A stretch of DNA of 64,000 nt from sequence record OL960581; one strand, written 5' to 3'. Below are positions 31,320 through 44,407 of the stretch, piece after piece. The position numbers were made by a program, and so were the translations under genes. The notes under the pieces were generated by a model, which saw only the letters and a list, made by a program, of their open reading frames with translations, did no database searches and was not told the DNA's origin. The DNA is from Escherichia phage vB_EcoM_SA20RB. Every line of letters begins with the position of its first letter. Positions within the stretch are counted from its first letter, which is position 1.

Positions 31320-31471
31320 TGCCTGCGAAAGCCCTCAAGGGGTACTTAGGTTTTGAATATTTACCGACAGGATAACCATAAACCTCGTCAACATTCAAGA
31401 GGTACACCGTAAAACAAAGTTCGACGGCTCCTCGTTTTAACTTCACACTAAGGCAGTGACTCTCCAATAAA

Positions 31472-31720
31472 TTACTTCAGTGTTACCACAAAGTGACGAA
31501 CTGCTTTTCGTGCAGCAGAAGCCAGAGGCTTAGCATACTTAAGTTCATCTTTTTCCTGAAGCTCAGCGGCTAATGCAGTTTGAGCAGGATTCAGATGTTT
31601 GAAATAACGCAGGATTTCAAGAGCTTCGGCTTCAACATCAATAGATGCGCCATAGTTTTCGTGACCATTATTCCATGCGTTTCGTTGCAGTTCAAGAGCG
31701 TGTTGTAATTGTTTAATCAT
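31472..31720 (-). CDS. rIII: rIII lysis inhibition accessory protein
   Basis: 82-aa ORF immediately before gene 31 in map order, as in T4. Confidence 0.7.
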   Translation of the reverse strand: MIKQLQHALELQRNAWNNGHENYGASIDVEAEALEILRYFKHLNPAQTALAAELQEKDELKYAKPLASAARKAVRHFVVTLK

Positions 31721-31867
31721 TTAAAAATTCTCGTTAGAGATTAAAACTCGGTAGTCACGTTCTTCTGAATTTCATCTTCTTTCGACAGATCTCTCAGTTG
31801 TAGACTACCACATAGAATTGTTCGGTTAACTTATTATTCCGACACCCAATTCATATTATTATTTATA

Positions 31868-32203
31868 TCACTTATAAAGACACGGAATAGCTTTATAGTG
31901 ACAGGTTACGAATTTTTGTTTAATTTCTTTTGGCTGCTTAAGACCCAGAGCTACAAAAGGATGAGGAACGTTTCGAATTTGACCAACTGGAAGAGAAGTC
32001 AAATCACCAACTTCGCAGAAACCTTCAGGAACATCAGGACCAACAGAGTGAACTACACACAGTTCAGGAACTTCACCTTGGACACGTTTACCAATAATAA
32101 GTCCTGATTCTGTAACTTCTTCATCACCGGCTTGTGCAGGTTCAGAAACTAAAATAACATATTCACCGACAGCACGAATTGGTAGCTGTTGTACTTCAGA
32201 CAT
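31868..32203 (-). CDS. 31: Co-chaperonin gp31 (GroES analogue)
   Basis: 111-aa [22 protein letters not shown]... Confidence 0.93.
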
Positions 32204-32259
32204 CGTTTTTCCTTTTTGTTAACAGATGAATTAATAATAACAAATAATTCTTAAAGCAT

Positions 32260-32568
32260 TTATTTACCAATAAATTGAAGCAAATGCTCAACTTTCATGC
32301 CATTAACGGAAATCAATTTGTCAATAGAAAAACCTCGCCATGCACCGAGCTCAACATCAAATACCGGAATCATATCAGTAGATTCTTTCCGAGTAGATTC
32401 AGTCAATTTACCAGTTTGCATGGTTGGCATAAAGTCTGCATCACGAGTGCCTTTCATGGTACGAATAGTACCATCAGACTTTTCAAAAACCACGTTTGAA
32501 ATACCCATGGACAATTTAGTTTTCAAAATTTCACGAATTGCTACTTTCTGTTCAGTTGTCAATTTCAT
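32260..32568 (-). CDS. Hypothetical protein (31.1 position)
   Basis: 102-aa ORF. Confidence 0.6.
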   Translation of the reverse strand: MKLTTEQKVAIREILKTKLSMGISNVVFEKSDGTIRTMKGTRDADFMPTMQTGKLTESTRKESTDMIPVFDVELGAWRGFSIDKLISVNGMKVEHLLQFIGK

Positions 32569-32805
32569 TTATTTACCTATTACAGTTTTAATATGGGTTG
32601 TTCCACGTTCTTTAAGAGTGGAAAGCAACTTTTGGCATTTTTCTAAATCAGATTTCCAACTATACGGCCTATCAATACAAACCCATTCTGACTTATAATA
32701 CTGTTTCCATTTAGAGAAAAAATACTTCTTATACTCTACAGCAAATGAAATGTTCTCGTTAGAATAAGAACTAATTGCTGTGAGCTGTACCAAACGAAAT
32801 TTCAT
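32569..32805 (-). CDS. Hypothetical protein (31.2 position)
   Basis: 78-aa ORF. Confidence 0.55.
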   Translation of the reverse strand: MKFRLVQLTAISSYSNENISFAVEYKKYFFSKWKQYYKSEWVCIDRPYSWKSDLEKCQKLLSTLKERGTTHIKTVIGK

Positions 32806-33386
32806 TATTCACCACAGAATTCGTTGATATTTTCCCAATTTAACTTATTCAAGTTTTTCTTAGGAACATTAAACACTTCAATACCTGCATTTCGCAGAAT
32901 ATCATCCCAGCCAGGTTTATTCTTATCGTATGTTTCGCAATAAACCAGTTTTTTAATTCCAGATTGAGCTATGGCTTTTGCACAATCCGGACAAGGAGAA
33001 AGTGTTACATACATAGTAGCACCTTCAATTGAAGAACCATTTCGCGCAGCAAACAAAATCGCATTTAGTTCAGCATGAATTTCATTTTTAGACGACCACT
33101 CAGAGTGAGCACTACGATGTTCTTTCGCCAAGACAAAACGATCAGTTGAACCAAATGATACACATTCAGGCTTATGACCTTGAATAATAGTATGTTTAGG
33201 CTTATTTAGCAACCAACCTTGCTCAACAGCATAATCGCAGCAATTCACACCCCCGGCAGGTGAACCATTATATCCGGTAGAAATAATACGTCCATTCTTT
33301 TCAATTACCGCTCCTACCTTCCAGGAGCAACATTTTGATTCTTGTGATACTAAATATGCAATTTGAAGTACTGTACTCGCTTTCAT
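32805..33386 (-). CDS. cd: dCMP deaminase
   Basis: 193-aa ORF with zinc-binding deaminase motifs HAE...PCxxC (HAELNAI, SPCPDCAKAI). Confidence 0.93.
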   Translation of the reverse strand: MKASTVLQIAYLVSQESKCCSWKVGAVIEKNGRIISTGYNGSPAGGVNCCDYAVEQGWLLNKPKHTIIQGHKPECVSFGSTDRFVLAKEHRSAHSEWSSKNEIHAELNAILFAARNGSSIEGATMYVTLSPCPDCAKAIAQSGIKKLVYCETYDKNKPGWDDILRNAGIEVFNVPKKNLNKLNWENINEFCGE

Positions 33387-33721
33387 TTCATAATCACCAG
33401 ATAAGCAGATTTAGCAGTTTCAACACGATAAATTTCGTGACGAAGTTTAGTTATACTTTTAATAACAGAACTAATTATATTCTGCCCATCTTTAAAGCGG
33501 TTTTTCTTATCAATAAAAATTGCACCAACCATCTTTTTGTGAAGCTCAACAGGATACTTCGTCACAATAATAGCATCATACACAGAAGGATGAATACTGT
33601 TCACCAGAGTATCGTTCATTAAAGTTATTCTAATGAACTGTGCTGTTTCAGAATCAAGCGCTCTATGATCGCCAGTATCATTTTCAAGACAATTATCAAT
33701 TATATCAGTTAAATTCATCAT
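33383..33721 (-). CDS. Hypothetical protein (cd.1 position)
   Basis: 112-aa ORF. Confidence 0.55.
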   Translation of the reverse strand: MMNLTDIIDNCLENDTGDHRALDSETAQFIRITLMNDTLVNSIHPSVYDAIIVTKYPVELHKKMVGAIFIDKKNRFKDGQNIISSVIKSITKLRHEIYRVETAKSAYLVIMK

Positions 33722-33954
33722 AGTACGCCATACACCCTTTGTGCTTCAACTAATCCATCAAAATCCAGTTTAAGATGTGTTATTTGGTCACCATCACCTG
33801 GATTCACAATTACTAATACTGAACGAGGAGTTTCGGTAATAACACGAACCGATGTTTCAGGAAATCGTTCAGAAACCTTATTTACCAATTCCTGAGCAAA
33901 TAGTTTAACTTTTTCTTGGAATTCTTTAGTAGTAATTGGTTTTTCACTTAGCAT
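33718..33954 (-). CDS. Hypothetical protein (cd.2 position)
   Basis: 78-aa ORF. Confidence 0.55.
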   Translation of the reverse strand: MLSEKPITTKEFQEKVKLFAQELVNKVSERFPETSVRVITETPRSVLVIVNPGDGDQITHLKLDFDGLVEAQRVYGVL

Positions 33955-34475
33955 GTTGATCCCAGCTCCTTACTTTCAACGTTTTTAACTAATTTGACAG
34001 AAACTAATTCGGCATCTTGGGTAATCATTACCGGGCCTTCTTCATACTCTTCAAGATATTCTAGAGCTTTCTTTTTAGCTTCTTCCTTCGTATCAGTTTG
34101 AGCATAGATATAAAACATACAACCAGTAATACCTACTACTTTCCACTTAATTTCTTTATCAGTTTTAATTTCAAATTTACTGATAGAGTCATCTTTTTGA
34201 ACTTCTTCGAAAAAATAATATTCTGACATATAAGTAATTGAAAATAGCGGGCTTTCTTTATAAGATTCGCCCATTACATCAACAGCTTTATACCAGCAAT
34301 CGTCAATTTCGCGTTTAATGCTAATAACATTTTTCGCAGGATCTATTTTTACTTTAAATGAATTTTCCCCAATAAACTGAGCAATTCGTTTATTAGCCCC
34401 ACAAGTTTCATTAAAAATATCTTTATATCCAGCTTTAAAGCGATAAACCTTATCTTCTTCAAACCATTCGCTCAT
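33948..34475 (-). CDS. Hypothetical protein (cd.3 position)
   Basis: 175-aa ORF; early-type promoter element upstream. Confidence 0.6.
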   Translation of the reverse strand: MSEWFEEDKVYRFKAGYKDIFNETCGANKRIAQFIGENSFKVKIDPAKNVISIKREIDDCWYKAVDVMGESYKESPLFSITYMSEYYFFEEVQKDDSISKFEIKTDKEIKWKVVGITGCMFYIYAQTDTKEEAKKKALEYLEEYEEGPVMITQDAELVSVKLVKNVESKELGSTC

Positions 34476-34537
34476 TTCAATTTCCTCATTTGTTTTGGTA
34501 GAGCTATAATATCACAACTCTACCGTAAAGTAAACTA

Positions 34538-34813
34538 TTAAATTGCTTTGAATTCTGATGTCTGTGATTCAAAGCGAATATCGCCTTTGATGACTAGCTC
34601 AGCATCAAGACCGAATACGACAATAATATGAGCAGAACCTGGATACAGAGTAATTGCAATAGAATCCACCTGGTCTGGAAGCAAAGTATTCAATACATGA
34701 GTCACTTGAGCATGAATTCGAAGCTCAGCTGCATTATCAAGCTTTTCAAACATATTATTAGCAATAATTTGGCTAAACACTACTTCTACGATTTTAGAAT
34801 AAGTTGGAAACAT
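34538..34813 (-). CDS. Hypothetical protein (cd.4 position)
   Basis: 91-aa ORF. Confidence 0.55.
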   Translation of the reverse strand: MFPTYSKIVEVVFSQIIANNMFEKLDNAAELRIHAQVTHVLNTLLPDQVDSIAITLYPGSAHIIVVFGLDAELVIKGDIRFESQTSEFKAI

Positions 34814-34815
34814 AT

Positions 34816-35016
34816 TTACCTCACATAATTTTCTTCAAGCCAATCAATAACATCCAACGCATTATCAAAAGTTGAACCATCTACTTTATCTTCTGTTTCA
34901 TAATCAAGAACATCTAAGCCTACTCTTCCATCAACAATAGGCCATAAACAAAATAGATATTTCTTTTCTTTTTCAATTTTATCACAAAGTCGATAAATCT
35001 TTTCTATGTTATTCAT
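34816..35016 (-). CDS. Hypothetical small protein (cd.5 position)
   Basis: 66-aa ORF. Confidence 0.5.
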   Translation of the reverse strand: MNNIEKIYRLCDKIEKEKKYLFCLWPIVDGRVGLDVLDYETEDKVDGSTFDNALDVIDWLEENYVR

Positions 35017-35205
35017 AAGTTTTCCATGGTAAAGGCAGTTTAGTTTTCTTTACTGTTAGTTCAACATCAGGATTCTTTTCTCTTAATTTAAGGCATTCCT
35101 CCCAAGCTCTGATTTCACTAGTGAATACACAAAATTGTCCATTACTAGTACCAACTAAACCACTATTTACAATAACAATAGACCAAGTTTCATGATGCCA
35201 CGCCA

Positions 35206-35206
<1 letters not shown>
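35009..35206 (-). CDS. Hypothetical small protein
   Basis: 65-aa ORF overlapping neighbours. Confidence 0.5.
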
Positions 35207-36409
<1,203 letters not shown>

Positions 36410-36413
<4 letters not shown>

Positions 36414-36646
36414 TTATTTTTCTCAACTAATGATTGAATATAATCATGCAGGTCTTTAGATGCTTTACCCCACTTATTTTGATATTCATTTTTAAGATTA
36501 GCACGTGATTGAGCTAATAAAACATCATTGGTTGGAGGTAAAGATTCTAATCGTTGAATCTGGCGTCCATAAATCATTGCAGCCATCTCGGATTCATAAA
36601 TCAATCCTTTGAGATGTTCAAATTGATGCCATGAAATCATTTGCAT
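36410..36646 (-). CDS. Hypothetical small protein
   Basis: 78-aa ORF. Confidence 0.5.
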
Positions 36647-36936
36647 TTATCCTCTTTTAACTCTTGGCGATAATAACATATCATAGTTTTTTGGTCATGT
36701 ACATATCGTTTTACATCATTAAGCCAAATACGAAATTCCTGGGAATCTTCGAATGGCATACCGACCCAAGCTTTACCATCAATAACTTTAACTTGCCAGG
36801 ATAGTTTAGCTTCATCATATGACTTTATCTGCACAGGCCAATTAGGATGAACTGTTTCTTTCTTTACTTCTAGAGGCTTTGTCGAACAACCAACTAGAAG
36901 ACCAATAGATAATATTACTGCTGATAGTTTAATCAT
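36637..36936 (-). CDS. Outer-membrane spanin (lipoprotein; T4 PseT.2-like)
   Basis: 99-aa ORF with signal peptide and lipobox LLVGC; directly downstream of i-spanin-like gene. Confidence 0.65.
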   Translation of the reverse strand: MIKLSAVILSIGLLVGCSTKPLEVKKETVHPNWPVQIKSYDEAKLSWQVKVIDGKAWVGMPFEDSQEFRIWLNDVKRYVHDQKTMICYYRQELKEDKCK

Positions 36937-37286
36937 TTAGAAAGGTCCTGGATGTCTTCTGCGAACTTGTTGAAGGAGTTGTTGATTTGTTTTTCAACCA
37001 ATCCTGGCTTATGAGCCACCACATCCGCCTTCTTTGCGTCTTTGCGCAGTTTTTCATTTTCACGCTCAATAGCAGCAATTGCCTCACGATTTTTATTATT
37101 CATCGCATCAATATAATTATACTGAATTCGCAAATTATCTAATGCTAAAGCGTTTTCATTGGCCGTTTTTGTAATTTCTACAACAGACGTTTCTAATCTT
37201 TCAATTTTACTTTTTAAAATTAAAGAAGTTCCGCCCAATGCAATTACAATTAATAGCAAGCCTGCTGTCGTATTACTTAATTGCAT
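36933..37286 (-). CDS. Inner-membrane spanin (T4 PseT.3-like)
   Basis: 117-aa ORF with N-terminal TM helix (AGLLLIVIALGGTSLIL) and coiled-coil periplasmic part. Confidence 0.65.
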   Translation of the reverse strand: MQLSNTTAGLLLIVIALGGTSLILKSKIERLETSVVEITKTANENALALDNLRIQYNYIDAMNNKNREAIAAIERENEKLRKDAKKADVVAHKPGLVEKQINNSFNKFAEDIQDLSK

Positions 37287-37783
37287 AAAGTTTTAATAAC
37301 CTCTATAATATCGTCTTGAGAAAGACCGTTAATTAAAATATGATGTTCAGCAGGAGATTTAGAAATTTTAAAGCATGCCTCAACATCTTCTGCCATATCC
37401 GATGCGCTACGATTTGGATTACTGATTCCAAGACGATGTTTTCCCGTCAAAGGATTAACGATGATGTAGCATTTACAATTATTGATATGAACATTAGGTT
37501 GAGTCTGATTAATGAACACATCACAATCATATTTCGCAAGCTGATTTTCTAAAAAGACTTTCATCTCCTCAACTGCATCAGGAAGCATATCACGGGCTTG
37601 CTCAAGACGACGATTTCGATATTCTTTAATGGTCGTTTTCCGCTTGACTTGCTTAGCTAAATCTTTCTTAAGATCGGTGATATATCCAACTCGACGATTT
37701 CCTTTAAATACAGAAATCCCATCTGTAGTATCACCGTATGCTTCAACGACCATCTCAGTAGTAATAAGCTGCAAATCCATCAT
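37277..37783 (-). CDS. alc: Alc, inhibitor of host transcription
   Basis: 167/168-aa ORF (two adjacent ATGs) at T4 alc position. Confidence 0.75.
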   Translation of the reverse strand: MMDLQLITTEMVVEAYGDTTDGISVFKGNRRVGYITDLKKDLAKQVKRKTTIKEYRNRRLEQARDMLPDAVEEMKVFLENQLAKYDCDVFINQTQPNVHINNCKCYIIVNPLTGKHRLGISNPNRSASDMAEDVEACFKISKSPAEHHILINGLSQDDIIEVIKTLCN

Positions 37784-37811
37784 AAAGTCCTCATGTTATG
37801 TCAGTAAAATT

Positions 37812-37841
37812 ACTATAACACAACACGAGGGACTTGTAAAC
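37812..37841 (-). promoter_or_regulatory. T4 early-type promoter before alc
   Basis: Minus strand GTTTACaagtccctcgtgttgtgtTATAGT; near-identical to element at 22033-22062. Confidence 0.45.
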
Positions 37842-37844
37842 AGC

Positions 37845-39432
<1,588 letters not shown>

Positions 39433-39440
39433 AATAAAAT

Positions 39441-39454
39441 GGGCCTTGCGGCCC
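39441..39454 (-). terminator. Hairpin GGGCC-TTGC-GGCCC after nrdB
   Basis: 5-bp GC stem 6 nt after nrdB stop. Confidence 0.4.
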
Positions 39455-39459
39455 ACTCC

Positions 39460-40629
39460 TTAAAAATATTTTTTAAAACTCATCATAACTTTATCATCAA
39501 CATCATTATCAATCTGTGCTACAAGGTAAGATGACAGTTCTACTTCTTGTGGCGCGGATTGAACATTATCAGAATTAAGATATTCACGAATCCAAGGATA
39601 CGGGTGTTTAACCGGAGCATCGGTAATTGGGCATGGAAGACCGCACTGTTTCATACGAGATACAGTTAAGTAATCAATAAAGCTCCACATGCTATTTGTA
39701 TTTAATCCAGGAACATCACCATCTTTAAATAAATGAACTGCCCAGTCTTTTTCTTGACGGTTAACTTCCATGAAAATATCAACTGCTTCTTGTTCACACT
39801 CTTGGGTGATTTTAACCCATTCATCACCATCAGTGCCAAGTTGAAGTTGACGAATAATATATTGGGTGCCTTTAAGGTGAAGCTGCTCATCACGTGCAAT
39901 GAACTTCATAATCTTGGCATTACCTTCCATGATTTCCATGTTCTTATGGAAGTTAAAGGTACATGCGAAAGATACATAAAAACGAATAGCTTCCAATGCG
40001 TTGATTACGTGCAGGCAGAGGTAAAGAGATTTCATTAGTGCTCGTTTAGTACATTCAACAACTTTGCCTAACTCTTCTTTACGAAATCCTTCTGATAAAA
40101 TTCCTTCATAATCTTCAACCGCATTCTGATATTCACGAGTCTTAACTAGAACATCATCATAATAGCGACCGATAGATTCAGCACGTTTCATGATAGCTTC
40201 ATCTAGTACAATCTCATCAAATACCTTCGATGGATCAGTATAAAGATTTCGCATGATATGAGTATATGAACGACTGTGAATAGTTTCACTAAAAGTCCAT
40301 GTAGCAACCCATGTATCAAGACTTGGGTCTGAAATTAATGACATAAGTACAGCAGACGGTGCACGACCCTGAATGCTATCTAGAAGTGATTGATACTTCA
40401 AGTTATTAGTAAAAATATCTTGCTGATACTGAGGAAGCTTGTTAAATTGTGCAGCATCCATCATCAAGTTTACTTCTTCAGGACGCCAGAAAAATGATAA
40501 TTGCTTTTCGGTTAAATCTTCAAAAACTTTATGGCGTTGAATATCATAACGCGCAATACCAAGACCTGAACCGAAGAACATAGGTTCTTTTAAAACATCA
40601 ACTGGATTTGTATTAAAAACTGTGCTCAT
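39460..40629 (-). CDS. nrdB: Ribonucleotide reductase small subunit, uninterrupted
   Basis: 389-aa continuous ORF, no intron-sized break. Confidence 0.95.
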   Translation of the reverse strand: MSTVFNTNPVDVLKEPMFFGSGLGIARYDIQRHKVFEDLTEKQLSFFWRPEEVNLMMDAAQFNKLPQYQQDIFTNNLKYQSLLDSIQGRAPSAVLMSLISDPSLDTWVATWTFSETIHSRSYTHIMRNLYTDPSKVFDEIVLDEAIMKRAESIGRYYDDVLVKTREYQNAVEDYEGILSEGFRKEELGKVVECTKRALMKSLYLCLHVINALEAIRFYVSFACTFNFHKNMEIMEGNAKIMKFIARDEQLHLKGTQYIIRQLQLGTDGDEWVKITQECEQEAVDIFMEVNRQEKDWAVHLFKDGDVPGLNTNSMWSFIDYLTVSRMKQCGLPCPITDAPVKHPYPWIREYLNSDNVQSAPQEVELSSYLVAQIDNDVDDKVMMSFKKYF

Positions 40630-40680
40630 AAATTTTCCGCTTAGTTAATAGATAGTGACTCGTCCGTGAGTCAAATTATA

Positions 40681-42945
40681 TCATAATTTACAGGATGAAC
40701 AATCTTCAGCTTTTGGAGTTTCTATTTCATAATCATCAGTACCAGAACCGTCGCGAGTATTATGATAATAGAAATTTTTTCCGCCAAAATACCAAAAGTA
40801 CAAAAGGTCATCAATCATTATTGACATTGGAACCTTTCCTTTTGGAAAAATCTGCGGGTCATAATATGTATTCGCTGAAGCTGATTGACATACCCATTTC
40901 AGCATAATAGCTACCTGCGTAAGATAAGGTTTATTACCTTTCTTAGCTAATTTCCATGTATAATCATATAGGTCTATGTTATGTTCAATATTGGGCACGA
41001 CTTGATTAAAGGAACCCTCTTTTGATTCTTTAACAGAGACTGGTCCACGTGGAGGCTCGATACCGTTTGTACTGTTAGAAACTTGGGAAGATGACTCACA
41101 TGGCATAAGTGCTGATAATGTGCTATTACGGATGCCAAAGAGCTTAAGGTCTTCCCGCAGCGACGACCAGTCACAAACGTATTTTGGAGCTGCGATTTGG
41201 TCAATCTTTTTATTGTACCAGTCGATAGGTAATTCGCCTCGAGACCAACGAGTGTCTGAATAATATTCGCAAGGTCCTTTTTCTTTGGCGAGCTTAATGG
41301 ATGCTTTAATGAGTCCATACTGTAATCTCTCAAATAGTTCATGTGTTAAATCGTTAGCATCTTCATAAGAAGCAAAGTTACTTGCCAACCAAGCTGCATA
41401 GTTAGTAACACCTACACCAAGATTTCGACGCTTTTTAGCCTTTTCTGCTTCAGGAACTGGATATCCTTGGTAATCCAAAAGATTATCAAGAGCACGAACT
41501 TGGACTTCTGCTAATTCATTAATTTTATCTTGGTCTTGCCAATCGAAGTTATCTAACACAAATGCAGATAACGTGCACAATCCAATTTCAGCATCAGGAC
41601 TATTCACATCATTTGTTGGAATAGCAATTTCACAGCACAAGTTACTCTGACGAATAGGTGCCTTTTCACGAATAAATGGAGTATAGTTATTCGTATTATC
41701 AATGAACTGTACATAAATCCTTGCTGTTCCTGATCGTTCAGTCATGAGCAATTCAAACAGTTCACGGGCTTTAATACGCTTTTTGCGAATATTAGGGTCT
41801 TTTTCTGCGGCTTCATACAATTCACGGAAACGGTCTTGGTCTTTAAAATAAGAATAATAAAGCTCGCCACCCATTTCGTGTGGACTGAACAAAGTAATGT
41901 AGTCGTTCTTTCCGAATCGTTCCATCATCAAATCATTCAGTTGAACGCCATAATCCATATGACGGATACGGTTTTCTTCTACGCCTTTGTTATTTTTCAA
42001 AACGAGAAGATTTTCAACTTCCAAATGCCAAATAGGATAATAAGCAGTAGCAGCGCCGCCACGAATTCCGCCTTGTGAACATGATTTAACAGCAGTCTGA
42101 AAATGTTTCCAAAAAGGAATAACGCCAGTATGACGCACTTCACCTGTGCCAATCTTAGAACCTTCAGCACGAATCATACCAACGTTAATGCCAATTCCAG
42201 CTCGTTTAGAAATATACTCAACAATTGAAGCAGAAGCCTTATTGATAGACTTCAGCGAATCACCTGCTTCAATAACAACGCATGAACTAAACTGTCGAGT
42301 TGGAGTACGACAACCAGCCATAATAGGAGTTGGCAATGAAATCTGTCGAGTAGATACTGCTTCATAAAAACGGATAACGTGTTTTAATCTATCAACAGGT
42401 TCATCTTGATGCAATGCCATTCCAATAGTCATAAATGCAAACTGTGGAGTTTCATAAATTTGACCAGTGGTTTTATCTTTAACTAGATATTTTTCTTTTA
42501 ATTGCATCGCCCCGGAATAAGTAAATTCCATATCCCGCTCATGCTTAATTTTTGATTCTAAAAATGTAATTTCTTCGGCAGAATATTTTGACAACAATTC
42601 AGGGTCGTATTTACCTTCATTTACACAGTAAGAAATATGATCAATAAATGAACGTGGTTCATACTGCCCATAAACATGCTTACGAAGAGCGAACATTAAA
42701 CAGCGTGCAGCTACATATTGATAATCAGGCTCTTCAACTGAAATAGAATTCGCAGCAGCCTTAATGACAATGGTTTGAATGTCATCAGTTGTCATTCCAT
42801 CACGGAGATATGATTTAATATTTTCATATAATTCATAAGGATCTACAGATGTTCCTTCAGCTGCCCAAGATAAAACTTTAATAATTTTTTGCGGGTCAAA
42901 GCTCTGAGAAACACCACTACTTTTGATAACATTAATTAATTGCAT
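40681..42945 (-). CDS. nrdA: Ribonucleotide reductase large subunit
   Basis: 754-aa ORF; active site NLCCEI and C-terminal CSSCKL redox pair. Confidence 0.95.
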   Translation of the reverse strand: MQLINVIKSSGVSQSFDPQKIIKVLSWAAEGTSVDPYELYENIKSYLRDGMTTDDIQTIVIKAAANSISVEEPDYQYVAARCLMFALRKHVYGQYEPRSFIDHISYCVNEGKYDPELLSKYSAEEITFLESKIKHERDMEFTYSGAMQLKEKYLVKDKTTGQIYETPQFAFMTIGMALHQDEPVDRLKHVIRFYEAVSTRQISLPTPIMAGCRTPTRQFSSCVVIEAGDSLKSINKASASIVEYISKRAGIGINVGMIRAEGSKIGTGEVRHTGVIPFWKHFQTAVKSCSQGGIRGGAATAYYPIWHLEVENLLVLKNNKGVEENRIRHMDYGVQLNDLMMERFGKNDYITLFSPHEMGGELYYSYFKDQDRFRELYEAAEKDPNIRKKRIKARELFELLMTERSGTARIYVQFIDNTNNYTPFIREKAPIRQSNLCCEIAIPTNDVNSPDAEIGLCTLSAFVLDNFDWQDQDKINELAEVQVRALDNLLDYQGYPVPEAEKAKKRRNLGVGVTNYAAWLASNFASYEDANDLTHELFERLQYGLIKASIKLAKEKGPCEYYSDTRWSRGELPIDWYNKKIDQIAAPKYVCDWSSLREDLKLFGIRNSTLSALMPCESSSQVSNSTNGIEPPRGPVSVKESKEGSFNQVVPNIEHNIDLYDYTWKLAKKGNKPYLTQVAIMLKWVCQSASANTYYDPQIFPKGKVPMSIMIDDLLYFWYFGGKNFYYHNTRDGSGTDDYEIETPKAEDCSSCKL

Positions 42946-43262
42946 AAGTCCTCAACTTGAAAATCGTCTTTAAACAATCGGTTAACTATATGAGCTATTA
43001 TATCACCATGACACGGCTTTGGTTTACATGTGCATCCTAGCCTCATTCCACGTAAAGGCTCTAAATGTGCTTTAGTTATTTCTCCGGATTTAATTCGACG
43101 TATAAAATCTTTTTTGAATAATTCAATGGCAGCCTCCCGGCTGCCAGCATCTTTACCGACGTAATTTCCCCAAAATGTACCACGGTGAATATTAACATCA
43201 AAGTCGGATTTATATTTATTCACTACCCGGCATAGACGGCCCGCGCGGTAATAGTTCGTCAT
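42936..43262 (-). CDS. Hypothetical protein (nrdA.1 position)
   Basis: 108-aa ORF, Cys/His-containing. Confidence 0.5.
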   Translation of the reverse strand: MTNYYRAGRLCRVVNKYKSDFDVNIHRGTFWGNYVGKDAGSREAAIELFKKDFIRRIKSGEITKAHLEPLRGMRLGCTCKPKPCHGDIIAHIVNRLFKDDFQVEDLCN

Positions 43263-43491
43263 ATTGTTTTTCCGTTAAAACAGTAATATCATAATAACAA
43301 TCTGAAGAAGTTTTAACTGTAGAAATTTTATTGTCAAAATACTCACGAGTCATTTTATGAGTATAATATTTTTTGCCATAAATGATAATAGGCTGTTCTG
43401 GTCCTGGAACTTCTAACTCGCTTGGATTAGGAAGTGTAAAAAGAACGACACCAGAAGTATCCTTAAATCGTAAAATCATATATCCTCTCAA
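43216..43491 (-). CDS. Hypothetical protein (nrdA.2 position)
   Basis: 91-aa ORF overlapping downstream gene. Confidence 0.5.
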   Translation of the reverse strand: MRGYMILRFKDTSGVVLFTLPNPSELEVPGPEQPIIIYGKKYYTHKMTREYFDNKISTVKTSSDCYYDITVLTEKQYDELLPRGPSMPGSE

Positions 43492-43502
43492 TTAAATTAA
43501 AA

Positions 43503-44363
43503 TTACACCGCCATCTTTCCTTTCAAGACACCATGGGACTGATAATCTTTGAGAACGAAATCTCGTGCTGTCATATATTCAGTTAACCAATACATTTGAG
43601 TTTCAGTATCGCATTGACTGAATCCATTAGGCCAATTAATACTAAGTTTGCATAGATCCATAGGAGTTCTATTTAATATCTCTTTGCATTGCTCAATATG
43701 GTTAGAATAAATGTGTGTATTACCACCCGAGAATACCAAATCGCCCGGAACTAGTTCACACATGTCAGCAACAATATGTAAAAGAGCAGCATAACTCGCG
43801 ATGTTAAATGGAAGACCGAGGAAAACATCTACCGAACGTTGATACCATTGTAGGTCAAGGTATCCGTTACGCACATTAAACTGATAGAACATATGACAAG
43901 GTGGTAATGCCATCTGCTTGAGTTCAGCTGGATTCCATGCCGACACAATTTGACGTCTATCATTGGGAAATGTTTTAATACGATTAACAACTTCTACAAT
44001 TTGATCTACACCACCAAAATCACGCCACTGTTTTCCGTAAATTGGACCAAGTTCACCGCTATGATAACCTAAGTCTTTGGCCTGGTTTTCGTAGTTTTCA
44101 TCCCAAATTGTTTTTCCTGCAATTAAAGATCCATGAGTACGTTGACGTAAATCATTTACGTTAGTACTTCCTGATAAGAACCACAATAACTCAGAAATAC
44201 ATGCATTCCAGGCGAGCTTCTTAGTTGTTACTGCAGGAAAACCTTTAGTTAAATCCCAGCGTAATTTAGTACCGAACAAAGCAATTGTTCCTGTGCCTGT
44301 TCGGTCATCAGTTTCATAGCCGTTTTCAAAAATGTCTTTAATTAAATCTTGGTATTGTTTCAT
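43503..44363 (-). CDS. td: Thymidylate synthase, uninterrupted
   Basis: 286-aa continuous ORF; catalytic Cys in LPPCH. Confidence 0.95.
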   Translation of the reverse strand: MKQYQDLIKDIFENGYETDDRTGTGTIALFGTKLRWDLTKGFPAVTTKKLAWNACISELLWFLSGSTNVNDLRQRTHGSLIAGKTIWDENYENQAKDLGYHSGELGPIYGKQWRDFGGVDQIVEVVNRIKTFPNDRRQIVSAWNPAELKQMALPPCHMFYQFNVRNGYLDLQWYQRSVDVFLGLPFNIASYAALLHIVADMCELVPGDLVFSGGNTHIYSNHIEQCKEILNRTPMDLCKLSINWPNGFSQCDTETQMYWLTEYMTARDFVLKDYQSHGVLKGKMAV

Positions 44364-44407
44364 TTAGTACCTTATATAAATTATAATACATTTTATGAAG
44401 CTAATAA

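Noticed and set aside
39460-44363. Searched for group I introns and intron-encoded endonucleases in nrdB and td
   Set aside because: Both genes are continuous ORFs of full length; no intron-sized interruption present
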